A stretch of DNA of 37,433 nt, from IMG/VR virus record IMGVR_UViG_3300025073_000021, positions 1 through 37,433 of that record, one strand, 5' to 3'. This DNA is from a virus. Lineage: Duplodnaviria; Caudoviricetes. The notes beneath the pieces were generated by a model. That model did not search any database and was not told the origin of the DNA. It was given only the letters and a program-made list of their open reading frames with translations. The translations under genes were made by a program, and so were the position numbers. Positions 34,504-37,433 of this stretch are shown one piece after another. Position 1 is the stretch's first letter. The number at the start of each line of letters is the position of its first letter.

Positions 34504-34818
34504 ATGAAAATAGAACGTTTAGATGTATTAAAAATGATAAGAATTGCAAAGGAGGATATGCAAAAGGATAAAGAAAATAAATCAAACACTATGACACTAA
34601 AACAACAAAAAAAAGAGGCGAGGAAAGAATTTGATGAGAAATTTCCAATATCACATTACTATTGTGAAGATTGTTGGTATTCTTGCCCCAAATCTAAAGA
34701 TGGTTGTTGTGATAATAGTCAAGGCGATGAATGTAATTGTAATGCAGAAATTGAACAAGAAAAACTAAAAGCCTTCATCGACTCTCTAATCGACAAACTC
34801 TTAAATAATAATAATTAA
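34504..34818 (+). CDS. Cys-rich small protein (possible internal start at 34591)
   Basis: HYYCEDCWYSCP...CC...CNC cluster. Confidence 0.65.
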   Translation: MKIERLDVLKMIRIAKEDMQKDKENKSNTMTLKQQKKEARKEFDEKFPISHYYCEDCWYSCPKSKDGCCDNSQGDECNCNAEIEQEKLKAFIDSLIDKLLNNNN

Positions 34819-34871
34819 TAAAGTGCGTTTATAATTCAAGATTAACACTCATAAAATAACCCCTAAACACT

Positions 34872-35192
34872 ATGTCCCTAAAAACTATCATGGAGGAAAA
34901 CGAGAAGATGTTTGATGAAGAATTTGCTGATGTAATTGACTTAACAAAAGATGACGGAGAGTATCATATTTTTTTACCAAATCCTGATAAAGTAAAATAT
35001 AATATTCATTATAAAGATGAAATTAAATATTTCCCCCGCTCCTCCCAACTTCGTCTATTAGAGGGGGTGAGGGAGATGGTGGAGAAAAAAAAGAAAAGTG
35101 AATGGGTTGATGAAGGTGAAATAAAGAACGCTCACGATGATGGGTACAATCAGGCTCTCGAAGATATTCTCACCGAGCTTAATATTAAATAA
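34872..35192 (+). CDS. Hypothetical phage protein
   Basis: 106 aa ending DGYNQALEDIL. Confidence 0.7.
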   Translation: MSLKTIMEENEKMFDEEFADVIDLTKDDGEYHIFLPNPDKVKYNIHYKDEIKYFPRSSQLRLLEGVREMVEKKKKSEWVDEGEIKNAHDDGYNQALEDILTELNIK

Positions 35193-35194
35193 CT

Positions 35195-35419
35195 ATGACC
35201 CTAAAACAACAAGCACGAGAAGAATTTAATAAACAATTTTGTTCACAAGAAGAACGAGAGAGATTAGCGGAAGAAATTCAGCTTAAAAATATTCATAAAC
35301 ATAATTGGGTATTTGTTGGAAATTATTTTTGGAAAAATGGATTGGGGCAAACAATAGATAGTTGTAAAAAGAAATTTATTTGTCCTGACTGTGAAGAAGA
35401 AAAATATGTTGATGATTAA
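35195..35419 (+). CDS. Small Zn-binding protein
   Basis: HKHNW...CPDC. Confidence 0.65.
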   Translation: MTLKQQAREEFNKQFCSQEERERLAEEIQLKNIHKHNWVFVGNYFWKNGLGQTIDSCKKKFICPDCEEEKYVDD

Positions 35420-35543
35420 AACTATTGGAAAAATTTTATTATTTTTTGGAAACACATTCGCTGGGATAGGAGCATTGTTTTTGATTATTGGAAAGCATTT
35501 GTCTAACTACAAGCGGACTAACTCCCTCCTTAATAAAGAATAA
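35412..35543 (+). CDS. 43-aa hydrophobic peptide (not in the ORF track)
   Basis: MIKTIGKILLFFGNTFAGIGALFLIIGKHL...; overlaps the upstream stop codon. Confidence 0.45.
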   Translation: MIKTIGKILLFFGNTFAGIGALFLIIGKHLSNYKRTNSLLNKE

Positions 35544-35545
35544 CT

Positions 35546-35713
35546 ATGAAAAAATATAGAGTTTATTTTGAACAAGAGAACGCAACTTATTATGAAGTAG
35601 AGGCTGAGGACAGAGAACATGCTTCCCAAGTAGCAAGAAAAGAATATCTTAATAACATTGCACCACTCATAAAACATATAGAAATAATTAACCCCCACAA
35701 GGGAACTAACTAA
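35546..35713 (+). CDS. 55-aa small protein (not in the ORF track)
   Basis: MKKYRVYFEQENATYYEVEAEDREHA...; preceded by ataactATG. Confidence 0.6.
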   Translation: MKKYRVYFEQENATYYEVEAEDREHASQVARKEYLNNIAPLIKHIEIINPHKGTN

Positions 35714-35719
35714 ATAACT

Positions 35720-35896
35720 ATGTCAACCAATAAACAATTAGAGGAGGCGGTAAGGTATTTGGCAAGAACAAGCGGTAATTTAAATATTATTGATAATATA
35801 GACAAAATCCTCTCTCAGCCTGAATATGATTTTGAAGAACACGACAAAAAAGTGGAGTTATCAACAATTTGCATATCGTTGACAAAAACGTATTAA
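35720..35896 (+). CDS. 58-aa small protein (not in the ORF track)
   Basis: MSTNKQLEEAVRYLARTSG...; preceded by ataactATG. Confidence 0.55.
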   Translation: MSTNKQLEEAVRYLARTSGNLNIIDNIDKILSQPEYDFEEHDKKVELSTICISLTKTY

Positions 35897-35907
35897 CGAG
35901 CTAAACT
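35879..35907 (+). promoter_or_regulatory. Candidate late promoter
   Basis: TTGACA-17-TAAACT upstream of the late-operon leader. Confidence 0.65.
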
Positions 35908-35913
35908 ATGTAT

Positions 35914-36036
35914 ATACAATTTATGCAATAACTACACACCTTTGAGGGCAAAAGCAAGCTCTTGAGGGATAGCTTTGTAGTTATTGCCTATTCTTCAAGA
36001 GATTTACTCCTGCCCTTAGATGGCAGGTTTTTATTT
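35914..36036 (+). ncRNA. About 120-nt leader RNA with two alternative stems and an intrinsic terminator
   Basis: 35925-35936/35976-35987 (12 bp) versus 35959-35972/35988-36001 (14 bp); terminator cctgcc/ggcagg followed by a T-run. Confidence 0.65.
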
Positions 36037-36107
36037 TCTTATGATAATAAATAAGAAAAAAGGTGGTAAAAAAGGATGTTGATACCTATTTTTAGGTATT
36101 TTTTATT

Positions 36108-36293
36108 ATGAAAGCATTTTGGAACACATACCCTAGTGAATTATCAGCTAAATTACGTCGCCCATTTGGATTTAAACGTAATAGACAACTCACCTCAAAA
36201 GAACTCGATGATCTAATTAAAAAACAAGGACTAGAAGACTACTGTCAAGAACTACGAGAAAAAACATATAAACGTTTACAGGGCACTGCGTAA
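36108..36293 (+). CDS. Small basic protein
   Basis: 61-aa ORF. Confidence 0.55.
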   Translation: MKAFWNTYPSELSAKLRRPFGFKRNRQLTSKELDDLIKKQGLEDYCQELREKTYKRLQGTA

Positions 36294-36486
36294 GCAGTTT
36301 GCTCTTTAGCCAAGCACGACACCCCTGACAGGCTATGCCGTGCCCTGTGTACAGCCCATCATTCGTAAGGATGACAGAAGAGAAGTCTACCACTAACCTT
36401 TATGGTTGGTGGGCTGTATATTTGTAAGGCGTATTAGCCGATATGCGTTATCCTTATTAGGAAACGGAAGGGGTTTAATGCCCCTT
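36285..36486 (+). ncRNA. GNRA hairpin + boxA + multi-branched structured RNA
   Basis: actgc-GTAA-gcagt, TGCTCTTTA at 36300, a multi-arm junction closed by tacagccca/tgggctgta, and further hairpins. Confidence 0.6.
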
Positions 36487-36494
36487 ATAAGTAT

Positions 36495-36569
36495 ATGGAC
36501 TGGATTACTATATTCGTCATGTCATTTATTGGACTACTTATCATAATGGCTTTAGCGTATGCAATCTAA
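36495..36569 (+). CDS. 24-aa hydrophobic peptide (not in the ORF track)
   Basis: MDWITIFVMSFIGLLIIMALAYAI. Confidence 0.5.
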   Translation: MDWITIFVMSFIGLLIIMALAYAI

Positions 36570-36572
36570 AGT

Positions 36573-36791
36573 ATGGGAAATAGATTATCTTTCAGAGGAT
36601 TTCATAGGAGGTTACAAGGAAAAGAACAAGAACCCCAAACTAACCCAACCTACTTCGTTATGGGAAAGAATGGGCTTATCCAAAAAAACAAAGAAGAACT
36701 CCAAGAAGAATACGAAGCAAGTCCCTATTGGGTAAGACAGATGGTAAATTTAGAAGGATTTATTCAATTAAGAGGTACGTTTAAAGTGTAG
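36573..36791 (+). CDS. Hypothetical protein
   Basis: 72-aa ORF in the late leader cluster. Confidence 0.55.
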   Translation: MGNRLSFRGFHRRLQGKEQEPQTNPTYFVMGKNGLIQKNKEELQEEYEASPYWVRQMVNLEGFIQLRGTFKV

Positions 36792-36819
36792 TAGTCATAA
36801 AAATCAATTCAAAAACTAT

Positions 36820-37050
36820 ATGGTTACAGAACAAAAAATTCAACCGCCACAAGAAGAAATAACAAATCTTGAACTTAAACCTTTGGCAGAAGTTAAGCCT
36901 GAAGATAAAGAGAAACAAGAGGACTACGATAAACGCATGAATGGATTTATGAAAGGTTTTGAACGACTCCAAAAGAAACATAATATTAAACTTATCCAAG
37001 TTCCTGCACGGATAATTTACGCGGATACCAAATATGATAAAGAAAACTAA
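36820..37050 (+). CDS. Hypothetical protein
   Basis: 76-aa ORF, coupled to the next gene. Confidence 0.6.
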   Translation: MVTEQKIQPPQEEITNLELKPLAEVKPEDKEKQEDYDKRMNGFMKGFERLQKKHNIKLIQVPARIIYADTKYDKEN

Positions 37051-37225
37051 AAAATTAAAAAAGAAAGTCGAAGAATTACCTATCGTAGAATTAGCTGCTA
37101 CGTTACCCGTAGTTGAAGGATTCAAAGTAGGTGATGTCCTTGAAGATTTAAGCAGTGGTAAACGATTTCACTATCATAATCAAAGTGTAGTGGATTCAGA
37201 TCCTAAACGATTTAAAAAGGTTTAA
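37034..37225 (+). CDS. Hypothetical protein
   Basis: 63-aa ORF with FKVGD. Confidence 0.6.
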   Translation: MIKKTKKLKKKVEELPIVELAATLPVVEGFKVGDVLEDLSSGKRFHYHNQSVVDSDPKRFKKV

Positions 37226-37235
37226 CAATTTATAA

Positions 37236-37296
37236 AACTTCTACAAACTCTTGAGAGCTTATTGCAATGCTTTTAAGGTAGGTTATGTAGAAGTTT
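37236..37296 (+). other. Long imperfect intergenic hairpin
   Basis: aaacttctaca/tgtagaagttt enclosing cttgagagc/gcttttaag. Confidence 0.55.
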
Positions 37297-37306
37297 CCTG
37301 CCACAA

Positions 37307-37433
37307 GCATTAGCCACGGTTCTCAAAAGGAATCGTGGCTTTTTTTATTTATATGGCTGAAACAAATCCCAACGGAGCTAATCAGTATCAGTTAGACCCG
37401 AGGCAGAAAATGTGTTGGGACTTTTACATAAAC
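37307..37433. repeat. Terminal direct repeat, copy 2
   Basis: Identical to bases 1-127. Confidence 0.95.

Noticed and set aside
35940-35975. c-di-GMP-I riboswitch or hammerhead ribozyme in the late leader RNAs
   Set aside because: Only fragments (ggcaaa here; ctga and gaaa in the 36285-36486 RNA) match, and the required conserved cores and stem arrangement are not present by eye.
36350-36418. Canonical tRNA gene
   Set aside because: Cloverleaf-like, but lacks the T-loop GTTCRA and D-loop GG consensus and a proper anticodon arm; kept only as an unknown structured RNA.
37307-37433. Biological direct terminal repeat of the virion DNA
   Set aside because: The exact 127-bp overlap cuts through terS and equals a common assembler k-mer length, so it is more likely a circular-assembly overlap. 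Read data are needed to define the real ends.
1-37433. Alternative genetic code (TAG or TGA recoding)
   Set aside because: Core genes are full length under code 11, and TAG and TGA both serve as stops at sensible gene ends.

Overview
This window looks like one complete circular or circularly permuted phage genome of about 37,306 bp: bases 1-127 are repeated exactly at 37307-37433. The layout is podovirus/P22-like. The late arm carries terS, terL, portal, scaffold, major capsid, decoration and fibre genes, a lysis-position block with two papain-like cysteine peptidases and holin-like proteins, then adaptor, nozzle, a LysM tail protein and two ejection proteins. A control region at about 25.6-27.9 kb is rich in promoters, DnaA-type boxes and structured RNAs, and encodes a ribbon-helix-helix regulator. 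The early/middle arm carries an SSAP with a YqaJ exonuclease, a DUF4373-type initiator with iterons, DnaB, an SLT, a VRR-NUC and a hexapeptide-repeat protein. I recognise no integrase, CI-type repressor, Q antiterminator, tRNA, CRISPR array or reverse transcriptase. Almost all genes lack Shine-Dalgarno sites, which suggests a Patescibacteria (CPR) or similar SD-independent host (inference). Four observations stand out. (1) Several virion-module proteins carry signal peptides or membrane leaders ending in an [LF]G motif, with paired cysteines, next to two intact papain-type proteases; this hints at exported, protease-matured virion parts. (2) A ~0.6 kb hairpin-bracketed, GC-rich cassette of three tiny genes has strong SD sites in an otherwise SD-less, AT-rich genome. 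(3) Regulation appears RNA-heavy, with terminator/antiterminator triplets, bistable leaders, boxA elements and an antisense sRNA. (4) DnaA-type boxes sit at phased distances upstream of five candidate promoters. All family assignments are from motif recognition by eye; no searches were run.
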